Notes: generated from the sequence alone by a model not told the origin. DNA of 64,000 bases from Octopus vulgaris (GCA_951406725.2 OX597824.1:90644001-90708000), one strand, 5' to 3'. Shown: positions 15,344 through 28,512, counted from the first letter of the stretch. Numbers and translations: made by a program.

Positions 15344-16184
15344 TTGTGTGTATGTATGAATCTGTCTCTATATATACATTTATTTACATATATATATACC
15401 TAAATATATATTACATATATACATTATATAAGTCATATATATATGTATATTACGCATATATATACATATATATACACAAACACACACACGCATATATATG
15501 TATATATCAAATAGGCGTCATCCATCAACATCTCTTACTTATTTTCAGCAGACGATATACGTAGAAATATACACATATGTGCATAGAACACATTTATAGC
15601 ACCTGGAATGACAATATTTAACTAAAATATTGAAATTTAGTTATCTAGTATAGTTACAGGTGCTTTTCTTAGTGAGACGAGTCCTGAGCATAACTAAGAA
15701 GGCTTCGGTTGGATCTATGCTTATACGATGTTGTGTATTGTGTTGTTTATAGCAAGGAGAATAATCATGGTTGCACTGATAGATATATATTGGTTGTGCT
15801 GAGTACGTGTGCTAGATTTTGAATGCTGCGAAGATTGGAAAGGTAGAAAAGGAGATGTTGTGTTCAACTGAATCCGTGTGGTGCGTTGCTATTAATCTGG
15901 CGTGTATCACATCTTCCAGTACGATATGATGAATTTATCTGTATGTATATACTTGGTGAACGTATTCTTTCTTGTAATTGAATAGTTATCAGACCTCTTA
16001 GTTTTAAATTGGATTTGCCTTGTTTGCTCCATCTAAAGCACACATTTGCTCGGACTATTTACGAATGATATTGTTCTTTCTTTCACGCAAATACAGAGAT
16101 AATTATTCATACTGACCCATATTATACTCGTACGCATATATGTGTGTCTGTGTCTGTGTGTGTGTGTATATATGTATGTATATG

Positions 16185-16229
<45 letters not shown>

Positions 16230-16861
16230 GCACACACATACGCACACACATATATATGATGACAGCCAACTCCTGCACGATGAACACTATCACTGACCAC
16301 TGTCCAAGCAAAATGCTAGCAATGCATGAGCAAAATGTTGTTTCCCCTGCGGTCGCCTTCACCGGGACCTGGGTTCGGGTCCTTGGCGTCCATGCTCACC
16401 ATCAGTGCCCTTCTGCACCACCTTTGAAATCTCAGGAATGTGGAAGCTCCATGATCTCAAGCGCATGATCTCCAATGCTATACACTCCACATCCTGTTTT
16501 ATATGTGATTGACCTCCATGACACATGCTTTAAGAAATACTAACAGGTGTCTCACACCCAGTGGTTTTCTAGCACGCCGGACACCAACCCGGAATATCTA
16601 AGGGCCCGTTATATTAATATATATTTGACAACCTGGATAAGAAAGTCGCACCTGATGCTTTGCAATTTTTATTCCAGATCTTTTCACATTATTTGTTTTT
16701 TTAGCAGAATCCATTCTGTTGCAGCCATTGAAGACAAGTTTCCGGTTTGAAGTTAGCTTTCTTTCTTTCTTTCTTCCTTGAATCTTGAAAAAAAAACAGA
16801 AAAGAAAAGTGATTACGTTGTGTCTGATTTCTCTTGAAGGTTCTTTACACAAAACTGTGAA

Positions 16862-16985
16862 GTTGTGGCTGTGTGGTATGAGGTTTACTTCCCAACCATA
16901 TGGTTCCGGGTTCAGTCCCACTGCGTGGCACCTTGGGTAAAGTGTCTTCTACTGTAGCTTTGAGCCTTATGAGTGGATCTAGTTG
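16862..16985 (+). mobile_element. SINE family A, 5' fragment
   Basis: GTGGCTGTGTGGT..GGTTCCGGGTTCAGTCCCACTGCGTGGCACCTTGGG. Confidence 0.8.
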
Positions 16986-17127
16986 AGTATGTGTGTGTGC
17001 GCATGCATGCTTGTTTGTATGTATATATGTATGTATGTACGTATCTATATATGTATCACAGACTATCAGATGTTGTTACACACTGCTGGTCACAGTGCGC
17101 TTCTAATTGTCTTGATTATGCCATTCT

Positions 17128-17401
17128 TATAATAATAATAATAATGAAATTATTGTATACAGTGCTCAGGTGCACCACAACTTGTCACAAAAGTGCGTAT
17201 AAAGTATATGCATTAATGTACTAATGTCTGGAAAGCGAACAGTGTATGAGTCAAGATACATGCTTGCGTGTGTATGGAGAGGAGAAAATCAGGTGTAGTG
17301 TTGGCGAATCTCAGGAAGCATGGAAGTTTTGAAGGATGCAGTGCTCCGACAACTAACAACTGATGCCGGCAGTTTGTTCCATGGTTCAGCAACTCTTAGC
17401 G
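17128..17401 (-). mobile_element. CR1/L2-group LINE 3' end with (TTA)n tail
   Basis: Minus strand translates LRVAEPWNKLPASVVSCRSTASFK, a typical CR1 ORF2 C-terminus (RV..WN.LP..VV....FK), followed by a UTR and a (TTA)n tail. Confidence 0.75.
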
Positions 17402-17418
17402 TGGCCCAAAATACTCGA

Positions 17419-17960
17419 CTAAATCGTTTTCGCATCCTCCAAGTGGTCATTCCCTGCCAAGCGATGTTCTATCCTCTTCGTAATAGCCCACGTCTCACTT
17501 GGGTATAAGAGTGCAGCTAGGACGGTGCTATCGCAGAGTCTGGCACGTATAACATTGTCTAGATTGGTTTGGATCACATCCTTTATTGAGTTAAATGCCT
17601 TCCATCCTACCCTTATTCTCTTTGGGATTTCAGCATCCATATCTAAGCGCATATTCGCTTTGTGTCCTCGGTGGACGTACTCCTTTATCTCCTCAGTTTC
17701 GTTGTTTCCCACCCCTGTTCGACCTTCTGCTACGCCTTCCGGCCACATATATTTTGTTTTCATGTAATTCATTTTAAAGCTAAGCTCTGAGTGTCCAGCT
17801 CTGTCAGCATGGCCTGAAGGTGGTCTGTGGTTTCAACGATGAGTACAACGTCATCTGCGAATTGTTGGTGGTGGTGGTAGTGGGTGTTAGCTACCCACGC
17901 CACCTGTCCAGTTGATGTCCTTCATAACCATTTCGAGACATGTGGTGAAGAGCTTTGTAC
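17419..17960 (-). pseudogene. RTE-clade LINE reverse transcriptase fragment (frameshifted)
   Basis: Minus strand gives KLFTTCLEMVMKDINW, then QFADDVVLIVET (catalytic FADD), then MNYMKTKYM...EIPKRIRVGWKAF...LLYPSETW. Confidence 0.85.
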
Positions 17961-17984
17961 GAAAGCGGTAGTATACGTACAAGC

Positions 17985-18309
17985 CTGGTACTTATTCCTT
18001 CAGTATCTTTTGTCGAACCGCTAAGTTAGGGAACATAAACACCTCAAAACCGGTTGTCAAACGGTGGTGGTGGCAAACACAGACATGCAGGCACACACAC
18101 TCACACGGATACACACACTCACACACACACTCACGCACACACACACAAACATACACTACGAGCTTCTTTCGGTTTCCGTCCACCAGATCCACTCACAAGG
18201 TTTTGGCTGGTCCAATGCTATAACCAAAAACACTTCCCCAAAGTGTCACGCAGTGGGACTGAACCCGGAACCATGTGGCTTGGAATTAAACTTCTTACCA
18301 CACAGCCAC
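17985..18309 (-). mobile_element. SINE family A
   Basis: Head CACGCAGTGGGACTGAACCCGGAACCATGTGG..CCACACAGCCAC and 3' half CGAACCGCTAAGTT..GGTTGTCAA. Confidence 0.85.
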
Positions 18310-18864
18310 AATAACAGTAAAAAAAAAATTTTTTTTTTTGTAGCTCTACTCTTTCTTTACAGCTTTTGTTCATTGTGTTTGAAATTTGAATAAATATCAC
18401 AACTTTTCAGTCATATGAAAATGGAGTCCTCACATACAGAAAAACAAAACAAAACAAAAAAAAGTCCCACCCCCACCCCACCCCCAAAAAATCTTCGAAA
18501 TTATCTGGAAGCCCAATAGCACAAACGAAGCAACTGATTAAAAAACAAACAAAAATAAATAACAAAAAGGCAAAGTTTTTAAATTTCTATAAACTTAAAA
18601 AATTTTACCAAGTTCTATTTAGTTATGTGAAAATTAGGCTCAGTTCGGCTGACATTTTTAACAATTGAAGAGGGATTTTGTTGCTATTTCTAGCAGACTG
18701 CGTGACACAGATGATCCTTTTGTTGGCTCACTGCGTGCGTATTTTGTTTGTTTGTAGGTTGGTTTGCGTTTATGTCTAAATGTGCGCGTGCATCTGTGTA
18801 CTTTCGATGCATGTTTTTGCGTGTCTCCAGGTTTTCGTTTTCCATTGCATGAGAATGTTACGGT

Positions 18865-20828
18865 AGAGAGAGAGAGAGGGGGAGGAAGAGAATGGTCGAC
18901 GTCAGGAGTGAGAGGAGGAGTAGAAGTAGGAGAGGGAGTAACAGCAGTACAGATGCGTTTGGAAGAGGAGAGGGGAGGAAGCAAAGAAATAACGGTGCAT
19001 CGTGCCGAGGAAGGAGGAGGAGGCAAAAGTAGGAGTAGAGAAACAGCAGTTGAATGGAGGCAAGGGAGGAGGAGGATTAACAGCTTCATAGGAGAGAGGC
19101 AGATAAAAAGAGAGAGAGAGAGAGAGTGAGAACGTGAGGCAGAGCGAGGTAGGAAAGCAGAGGAGGAGTAACAGATGTAATGGAAGGGGTAGAAGGAGGA
19201 TAACATAAGGACGAAATTAAGAGAAGAATGAGGAGGAGCTGGAGGTAGAAAAAGGGAAGGAAGAGGAATTAAGAAAGGAAAGGGAGGGGTAGAAGGAGGA
19301 GTAAGAGTAGAGGTTATACTGCTAAAGTAGATGAGAGACGAAAGTCATGACGGAAGAAGGGGTAGTAGGAGTTGGATTAGGTATGGTAGTAGCAGTAAAA
19401 GCGGAGGTAAAGGTAGATAGTAGTAGTAGCAGTAGGTATAGTACGATAGTAGCAATAACAAAAGTAGCAGTAACAGCAATATGAATAAGGGAGGCGTTGA
19501 AGGGAGTGAGAGTAGATATGAAGGAGGATTAGAGAGAATGAGGCGAAGGAGGCGAAGGCAAGAGACAGTAGGAAGGGGAAAAGAAAGCAATGTGCAAGGG
19601 GGGAGAGAGAAATAGAAGTATGAGGAAGGGGAGGAGTTAGTGGTAGAGCAATAAGTGGAGAAGGATGAGCAACTAAAGAAAGAAGGGGAGAAAGAAAGTA
19701 TATAGAAACATGAGAGAGAGAGAAGGAGAAGGAAGAACAGAGAGGAACTGAATGAAAGAGAGAGAGAAGGGGGTAGGGGGGCTGCAGAGGTAAAAGAGTA
19801 AAAGATACAGTTAAAGAGAAAAGAGAAAATGGATGAATAAAGAATAAGAGGGAGATAGAGAGAGGTAAAAGATACAGAGTTGAGAGAAAGATTAGAAAGG
19901 GAATAAAATTAATTTATCAAAAGTTTAAAGAGAATTGATATAAAGAGAAGAGAGAGGGAAGAGAGTGATAGAGGAGAGAGTGAGAGGGGAGAGAGTGATA
20001 GAGGAGAGAGTGAGAGGGGAGAGAGTGATAGAGGAGAGAGTGAGAGGGGAGAGAGTGATAGAGGAGAGAGTGAGAGGGGAGAGAGAGACAAAAGGGATTA
20101 GTAAATGCAGAAGTTTTTGTAGACAAGAAAAGAAAGAAATAGAAGTTAAAGGAGAATATGATAGAAAGATAGATATATGGAAAGAGGAAGAGAGAGAGGG
20201 GGGATTTTTAATCTTTCTGTTCTACTTCCGTTTAAAGTTATTCAAAAATAAAAGCGGGAGAAAGAAAAGAGAGAGAGAGAGCAAGGAGAAAGAAATCACC
20301 TTCCAGAAATAGAGATGCAGACAGGGGGGAGAGAAAGAAGAAGCGAGAGAGATAAAGATATATATATATATATATATAAGAATAAATGTTTTTATATATA
20401 ATGAACGTGAAATACAGGAAGGGACGAACACGGAACACAGACAAATCATTCGAAGCCTTCAATCTTCAGTCAGACACCGAATCATCATAGCAAATTTCGG
20501 CTGTTCATATATATATATATAGAGAGAGAGAGAGAGGAAGAGAGAGAGAGAGAGGAAGAGAGAAAGAATAAGAGAGGAATGGCGAGGGAGAGAGAGAGAG
20601 ATTAATAAGAGAGAGAGAAAGAGTATACAGAAAAAGACATATTAAGATATGCAAAGTGAAAGAGAGGGTAAAGAGGTGAGAGGTGAGAGGAAAAGATAGG
20701 ATAGATATTAAAATGAAAAAGTAGACAAAGGAGATAGATAGATATGTAGATAGATAGATAGATAGATAAATAGATAGATTGATAGATAGATAGATAGATA
20801 GATTGATAGATAGATAGATAGATAGATT

Positions 20829-20879
<51 letters not shown>

Positions 20880-20880
20880 T

Positions 20881-20923
<43 letters not shown>

Positions 20924-20924
20924 T

Positions 20925-20975
<51 letters not shown>

Positions 20976-20976
20976 T

Positions 20977-21007
<31 letters not shown>

Positions 21008-21049
21008 TGATAGAAATAGATTGATAGAAATAGATAGATAAATAGATAG

Positions 21050-21106
<57 letters not shown>

Positions 21107-21215
21107 AGAAGAAAGGAAGATAGAGATAAAAATGAAAGAGATGCACGTAGATTGAAAAACCGATTGAGAAAGGTTAAGTGAAATGGCAAAGAAGCGAGGG
21201 TTAAGTGAGAGGAAG
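18865..21215 (+). repeat. polypurine low-complexity tract containing a 30-bp minisatellite and (GATA)n
   Basis: Strongly G/A-biased + strand; GAGAGTGATAGAGGAGAGAGTGAGAGGGGA about x4 at 19960-20085; (GATA)n at 20735-21065. Confidence 0.9.
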
Positions 21216-21811
21216 CAACAATAGGAAAGCGGTGAAGCTTCCGTTGAAACCGAACACCATTTTTTTTTTGTTCAGCTTTCCAATAGTTTCATTTGGTCGC
21301 TAACACATTGTATCGTCTGCCGCTTTTTACCACTCCACCATAGCTCAGTGGCGAAACAATTTTCAACGGCACTCTTCAGACTTTTAACACACGTCAAACT
21401 TCCATCAATTTGAAACACTTAAAAGACACAAGAAACAAGAAAAATAATAACTAAAAAAAACAAAGATAAGAGAGAAAAGTTGATAAGAGAGAAAAAAGAA
21501 AAAAAAGAAGCGCAGTAAGATTTATCGTAACATTTTAATCCAATAGTTTTACATGAGTACAACTTGTTCATTGATATTATTTTATGATAATATTGTCATC
21601 GTATTCTTGTACAAAGTTCGTTTTCTACTCGCTTGTTTTTCCGTGTAAGCCCCCACCAAAGTGTCTGTAATTTGTCCTTGTTGTACCTCCCCCACACTGT
21701 TGTAACAAATAATGAAATGATTATTGTTTATTATCATGTTTTGTCTTGTTCTGGAATACGAATTTTTTACTCGTCAATAATAATGATAATAATAATAATA
21801 ATAACAATAAC

Positions 21812-21889
<78 letters not shown>

Positions 21890-21899
21890 CATCATCATA

Positions 21900-22362
21900 T
21901 TGAAAGACTTCAGACAAAAATCATACCTCCTCATTGATATGACTGTCCCAATCGATATAAACGTATCTGTTAAGACCTACCAAAAACTGAGCAAGTATAA
22001 AGATCTTGAAATAGAAATTAGCAAAATGTGGAACCTGAAGACTAAAACAATACCTGTTGTCATAGGTGCCCTGGGAATGATAGCAAAAAGGGCTATCACA
22101 GATACCTAACTCAGATACCAGGACCCCAAAATGGCAGAAATTCAAAAGATAGTGCTCATGGGAACTGCCCATATCCTATGCAATATACTTTCTATGTAAT
22201 CTCAAGTTTTAAAACAAACATAATTTTCGTATGGTTTTTTAAGTACAATATATGACACCCTAGGCATAACACCAACATGAACTTCCAACTTGTTGTCTCT
22301 TGAGGTCTCTGGTTGAGACTTGGAACCAACTTGTACAAATGTAAAGTAAAAGTCAAACATAA
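21900..22362 (+). mobile_element. 3' end of an RLE-type non-LTR retrotransposon (R4/Dong-like) in (TAA)n
   Basis: Translates LLIDMTVPIDINVSVKTYQKLSKYKDLEIEISKMWNLKTKTIPVVIGALG (restriction-like endonuclease C-terminus), then a 3' UTR; (TAA)n on both sides. Confidence 0.85.
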
Positions 22363-22381
22363 AATAATAATAATAATAATG

Positions 22382-22475
<94 letters not shown>

Positions 22476-22486
22476 TGATCATGATC

Positions 22487-22524
<38 letters not shown>

Positions 22525-22649
22525 AATTTATTTTTTCTTTTAATAATCCTTTTGGAGAGGGAGACATAGGGCCAGCGGTTTTTTAGGTAGAGGGAAGTCG
22601 ATTACATCGAATCCAGTACTTGATTGGTACTTATTTTGTCGGTTCTGAA

Positions 22650-23894
22650 AGGGTCCTGGTAAGAGATCATCGAACTGTGAAGAAATTTGTAGAGTCTTCT
22701 GCTGTCCGTTCGAGGGCAGACAAGGGTAGATCGAGGATTGTTTCCAGGCGTACTCTGCCACGTCTAATGAGGGACGTTGCGAAGAACATGTACCTGACTA
22801 GTCAAGAAGTGTTTAAATATTGTGATAGGGAAAACATTTGGAAATCTACCAGGTGTCGTCTCCTCAAGCAGGTAAAACCTGTTACAAGGTCCCCTCTGAA
22901 GGCTGTTCATAAACAAAATAGAGTCAAATGGGCAGAAGACTACATAAAGATAGACTTTTCAAATGCTGTGCTACCCTAGACAGACCAGACGGGTGGAGTA
23001 AAGGATGGGCTGCAATTAACAGAAATCGTCCGCATCGTTTGAGACGCCAACAAAACGGAAACGGAGTCATGATTTGGGCTGGCATCATTGGAGACAAGTT
23101 GGTTGGTCCCTGGAAAGTTCTAGACGGAATTAAGATGACATCTAATGCCTATGTTGCCTTTTTGGAGGACAATTTTAAGCCATGGTTGAAGAGGGAGAAA
23201 GTTTCATTAAGGGGAACGCTGGTATTCATGCAAGATAATGTGCCCTTCCATACAGCTAAGAAATCTCTGAAATACCTTCAGCAATTAGGCTTTTTCTGGA
23301 CACCGTTTCATGAAGTGACCAGTGTGTTCAGTCGACTTAAACCCGATTGAAAATCTATGGAGTGTTCTGAAGCGGAAGATATATCAAGATGAACTGTAGT
23401 TTTCAACGAAAGATGCGCTCTGGGAAGCTATTGTGGATGCTGCTGAGAGTATTACACCAGATGAAATAGTTACCTTGACAAACTCAATGGATAAACGCGT
23501 CAGGGACGTTCTCTCATGTGGAAGATCATACAGCCATCATTAAGAACTTTATGACGTCATATTTCTTGTATTATTTCCAGTCAAACATATATATATATAT
23601 GTTCATTATAAAGTCCATTGTGATTATATTTGTTGTTAAAAATTAATTGTCGCATTAGATGAATGCTTGTTTTTTATATAATTAGCATTTTTATTGAACC
23701 TACCTGATAATTTAGGACGGTAAATGCTTGTTAACAAAAATGGCCGCTGCTTCTTTACGTATGAGTGGATTAGATTTATTTTGGTACAGTACATGCAGAA
23801 GGGTGTAATCATGCAGTGGGAAAATATGTGGATTCGAAGGAACAAATACTCCGTTATTGCGAAAAAACTGTGCTGACTAATAATTTGACACGCA

Positions 23895-23897
<3 letters not shown>
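22650..23897 (+). mobile_element. Tc1/mariner (DD34E-type) transposon remnant, 5' truncated and frameshifted
   Basis: Frames give VRDHRTVKKFV, HKQNRVKWAEDY, RRQQNGNGVMIWAGI, FMQDNVPFH and DLNPIENLWSVLKRKIY; right end ...TAATTTGACACGCAGTG followed by TA. Confidence 0.92.
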
Positions 23898-23935
<38 letters not shown>

Positions 23936-24314
23936 CATATATATATGTTATTTTGAGTATGTGTGTGTAGACTGGAGTGTTACTCATCGTATGACGAGGA
24001 ACTTGAGAAGTATATATTTGGTCACCATGGGTAATACCAGGAAAGATGGCGTACATACAAAAAATGCAAATTCAATTTTTACCAAATTTCTTGGTGCTTA
24101 TATAAAGGATGAAAGGAATACAAATTTTCAAAACGATAAAAAAAATATTTCTTTAAAATAAAATAAAGTAAAACCATATTAAAAAGTAAGAAAAACAGAA
24201 AATTATTCTACGCGTTGATTTAGATTATGGACATTCATACCCGAGCACCCACACCCCTCTCTATCTCTCTCTCTTTCTCCCTCACTCTGTATGCATATGT
24301 ACATACATACATAC

Positions 24315-24429
<115 letters not shown>

Positions 24430-24454
24430 CTTATATATATATATATATATAAAT

Positions 24455-24522
<68 letters not shown>

Positions 24523-24729
24523 CATGCATACATGCATGCATACATACAGACAGACAGACAAACAAATGTTTCTTCTATTTATTCAATTCTTTTAGTTCGT
24601 TATGATATGTGGTTTGCGCTTGAAGAATAGAATATTTTTGAGTTCTCTCAACATATAAAACTATGGTAGCGCTTTAATAATGCATTGTAACCTTTAAACA
24701 CACACACACACACATACACACACACACAT

Positions 24730-25132
24730 ATGAGTTCAGCAAAAATTTAGATTCAGATGAATATGGTACTTAAATTGAGGCACTAGAATTTAGTACGGTA
24801 TTATCCATACAATTTCAAAATAAAGTGATTAGAATCCAAAATAAGCAACAAGGATTTCCAGACGTAATGCAGTACGATCGTTTCATGCAACTCCTCTTGT
24901 AAGTGAAGTGAAGGCAGCATGTTCTTTGCCTATCTCCTCAACTTCGTGGAGATTTTAGGCAAAATTATACTAATGTGACCATCTGTTTTAATTTAATTAA
25001 ATTCTATGTCTTTGTGCAGCTGAGGATTGCTCTACATTTAAATTGATGTGATGGTTGCATTGTTCAATTAAAATGGAGTTGCGTGAAACGATCGTACTGC
25101 ATTACCTCTGGATATCTTTGTTACTTATTTTG

Positions 25133-25136
<4 letters not shown>
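24730..25136. mobile_element. fold-back Penelope-like non-coding element with HHR
   Basis: Inverted arms about 24833-24894 and 25075-25135; left leader AATATGGTACTTAAATTGAGGCAC resembles 26254-26278; ends in (TA)n. Confidence 0.7.
25015..25101 (+). ncRNA. type I hammerhead ribozyme
   Basis: TGCAG-CTGAGGA(25020-25026)-long stem II-GAAAC(25085-25089)-GATC-GTA(25094-25096)-CTGCA, with a perfect 5-bp stem I. Confidence 0.85.
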
Positions 25137-25189
<53 letters not shown>

Positions 25190-25248
25190 TATTAGTGAAT
25201 TGAAGAAATGGAGTTGAACGAAGATTGAACAGAAATCGTTTTATTGCA

Positions 25249-25328
25249 TTCTACACGTGTTTCGAAAGCCACAATTTACCAAATTCCGATTGAATAAGGA
25301 GACCATATTGTGTCTTTCTCTTCAGGAA
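25249..25328 (-). ncRNA. type I hammerhead ribozyme
   Basis: Minus strand: UUC-CUGAAGA-GAAAG.CACAAU...AUUGUG.CUUUC-GAAAC-acgu-GUA-GAA. Confidence 0.85.
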
Positions 25329-25605
25329 GAAATAGGAAATCCGTTGGAAAAAACAAAAACAGAACAGAGGCGGAGCAAAAACAAATCGAACGAGGCTCCT
25401 AAGAGCCCATGGCCAAACTGTTTATCAATGTATGTTGAAAACGGGTGGTGGGTGCGTTAAAATTCAATTATCCGCACCAACGCATGGTTGCAACACCATA
25501 TGGTTGCACCTCCAACCGTGCTGTCTTCTGCTGTGATTTTTGCTACCAAGGTATCGGTTAAACTTTTGATTAATCTGCAACAAGATTATTCATCTTTCTA
25601 TTTCA

Positions 25606-25720
<115 letters not shown>

Positions 25721-25765
25721 TACATATATCAGAATAACAAATAGAAAATCCTTGGTACAAAATTA

Positions 25766-25901
25766 TATATTCGAAAAAGATGAGTGGAAATGCCTTTTTC
25801 TGATAATTCTTCCACATCAATAGTGAGATGCTTATAAACATCTCATTATAAAAGTGGAAAAATTATCAGGAATGCCATTTCTATTCATTTTTTCAAATAT
25901 A
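25766..25901. repeat. diverged fold-back palindrome between microsatellites
   Basis: GATGAGTGGAAATG..CTGATAATT..TTCCAC..TGAGATG pairs with CATCTCA..GTGGAA..AATTATCAG..CATTTCTATTCAT. Confidence 0.7.
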
Positions 25902-25935
25902 CATATATACATACATACATACATACATACATACA

Positions 25936-25967
<32 letters not shown>

Positions 25968-26040
25968 AAATGTGAGCACGTGTGTACCGTTAGCGATTTT
26001 ATTTCCTCGGTCTTCCCTTCTCTGGATCTTTCCTTTTCCT

Positions 26041-26075
26041 GTTTCTGACGAAGAGCTCCGCTCGAAACGTAAAAC
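26041..26075 (+). ncRNA. minimal type I hammerhead ribozyme in a ~210-bp element (25965-26178)
   Basis: GTTT-CTGACGA-A-GAGC-tcc-GCTC-GAAAC-GTA-AAAC; palindromic ACGT stem III as in Penelope-associated minimal HHRs. Confidence 0.9.
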
Positions 26076-26172
26076 CCTCCTTCTTCCCTTCCTTCCTGAG
26101 CGTCCAATAATACTATATTTGTTCCACGTCCTCGCGTTGTTGTGTTTTCTCTTTGTTTTATCATGTTTGTAT

Positions 26173-26216
<44 letters not shown>

Positions 26217-26358
26217 CAATAAAGATTCAAGTTAATTTAAATGAATTTACTTGAATATGGTACCTAACTTAGATGCACCAAAAAAAACTATACTGATTTA
26301 ACAATACAGTAATGTGGGGTGATTTTAAGCGAGAATGAAGCAACAAGAATGGATAGGT

Positions 26359-26449
26359 TTTTAGTACAATCGTTTCATACAAGGACAGGTTTTATTAAAA
26401 GTTGCAAAAATTACAGCATATAAACGTGTCCCGTACTCATCAGCTAAAA
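26359..26449 (-). ncRNA. type I hammerhead ribozyme (left arm copy)
   Basis: Reverse complement of 26823-26913. Confidence 0.85.
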
Positions 26450-26822
26450 TACATGTGAGTTCTCTAGACATCCTAGTGGTTGAGGTTATACTCATGAAGT
26501 AATGTAGATAATTAAGTAACATAAACAGATTTCAAAAGTTCATTAAAGTTCTTTAAAGATGATGTACAGTCTTATCACAGAATTTAAAAAAAAAGTCTTA
26601 ACAGCATCACAGAGAAGGTGACCCAATCCATAGTGCATATATGAATTGGGTCACCTTCTCTGTGATGCTGTTAAGACTTTTTTTTAAAATTCTGTGATAA
26701 GACTGTACATCATCTTTAAAGAACTTTAATGAACTTTTGAAATCTGTTTATGTTACTTAATTATCTACATTACTTCATGAGTATAGCCTCAACCACTAGG
26801 ATGTCTAGAGAACTCACATGTA

Positions 26823-26913
26823 TTTTAGCTGATGAGTACGGGACACGTTTATATGCTGTAATTTTTGCAACTTTTAATAAAACCTGTCCTTGTATGAAAC
26901 GATTGTACTAAAA
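26823..26913 (+). ncRNA. type I hammerhead ribozyme (right arm copy)
   Basis: TTTTAG-CTGATGA(26829-26835)-GTACGGGACA...TGTCCTTGTAT-GAAAC(26896-26900)-gatt-GTA(26905-26907)-CTAAAA, with a 6-bp stem I. Confidence 0.88.
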
Positions 26914-26924
26914 ACCTATCCATT

Positions 26925-26981
<57 letters not shown>

Positions 26982-27100
26982 ATACATATATATATACATA
27001 CGCACACACACATATGTAGTCAATAAAGCATATATAAGAAAAGAAGACACTCTTAAGAATAGAGCAAAAGGAAAACTTTGACAACTTTATGACCGTGTAT

Positions 27101-27176
<76 letters not shown>

Positions 27177-27563
27177 TAGAATGACGTACTGAACAGTCGA
27201 TATGTAAATAGATAGACAGACGAGACGATAACATAAATATGTTACATAAACGTAAAGAGCAGACGACAAATTATTTTGGTTGATGAACAATTGATTATAG
27301 CAGACGACACAGGGCGATCCTAACACGAAACAGATGTTTTGACGAAAGAAAGAAAGAAAGAAAGAAAGAAAGAAGAAAGGAAGCAAAGAAATCAGTTGAC
27401 ATGATGAAAGAATTGGAAACGAAATTAAAAGAAAGGAAATGAGTGAGCGAAAATAATTACGAAAACAGCAACGTAGGCAATGAATTCTCATCCCATACCG
27501 TCAGATTTAACTTATACAACCGATGTTGTCATCGTCGTCATGATCATGATACGATAATCATCG

Positions 27564-27594
<31 letters not shown>

Positions 27595-27804
27595 AAACAT
27601 CATTGTTTCCTTTTGTTCTCTCTTGTCCGCCTCCTCCTCCTCCTTTTCATCATCATCATCAATAATATTTGCAAGCAAATAAACCTTGGTCCGGTATTAC
27701 AAATACAAGTTAAAAAGACCCAGTTTTTATTTTAACGCTCATTGTGAAAGGAATTTGTTAATAATGGCGACGACAGTAATAACAATAACGATAACAATTC
27801 TACT

Positions 27805-27809
<5 letters not shown>

Positions 27810-27861
<52 letters not shown>

Positions 27862-27862
27862 G

Positions 27863-27899
<37 letters not shown>

Positions 27900-27923
27900 A
27901 AATGATAATAATAATAATAATAA

Positions 27924-27958
<35 letters not shown>

Positions 27959-27973
27959 ATAGTAGTAGTAATG

Positions 27974-28015
<42 letters not shown>

Positions 28016-28150
28016 TGAAGAAGGAAGAAAAGAAGAAGGAGGAGGAGGAGGAGGAGAAGAAGAAGAAGAAGAAGAAGAAGAAGAAGAAAAAGAAGAAGAA
28101 AAAGAAGAAGAAAAAGAAGAAGAAGAAGAAGAAGAAGAAGAAGAAGAATA
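27810..28150. repeat. compound trinucleotide microsatellite (CTA)n-(TAA)n-(TAG)n-(TAA)n-(GAA)n
   Basis: Directly visible. Confidence 0.95.
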
Positions 28151-28384
28151 TTAATAATACGAAAAATATGTAGGCTACACTTTTCTAAACTTTAAAAATA
28201 TTTCAAAGAATATTTTTCAAACAAACATCTGCAATTGAAGCAGCAGATACAATATATCAATGCACACGTACAGACACAGACACACACACACCTAATACAT
28301 ACATATACATACATACATACATACATACATACATACATACATACATACAGGTATGCAAGCATACGTTCACACATAAACATATAG

Positions 28385-28508
28385 TCAGCCACATGGTTCC
28401 GGGTTCAATCCCACTGCGTGGCACATTGGGCAAGTGTCTTCTACTATAGCCTCGGGCTGACCAAGGCCTTGTGAGTAGATTTGGTAGATGGAAACTGAAA
28501 GAAGCCTG

Positions 28509-28512
<4 letters not shown>
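28385..28512 (+). mobile_element. SINE family A, 5' fragment
   Basis: CCACATGGTTCCGGGTTCAATCCCACTGCGTGGCACATTGGGCAAGTGTCTTCTACTATAGCC. Confidence 0.85.

Larger units (their letters stand above)
26212..26927. mobile_element. (TA)n-flanked fold-back element with ~283-bp near-perfect inverted arms
   Basis: Arms 26345-26627 and 26645-26927 are reverse complements with very few mismatches; unique leader 26212-26344; (TA)n on both sides. Confidence 0.9.
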
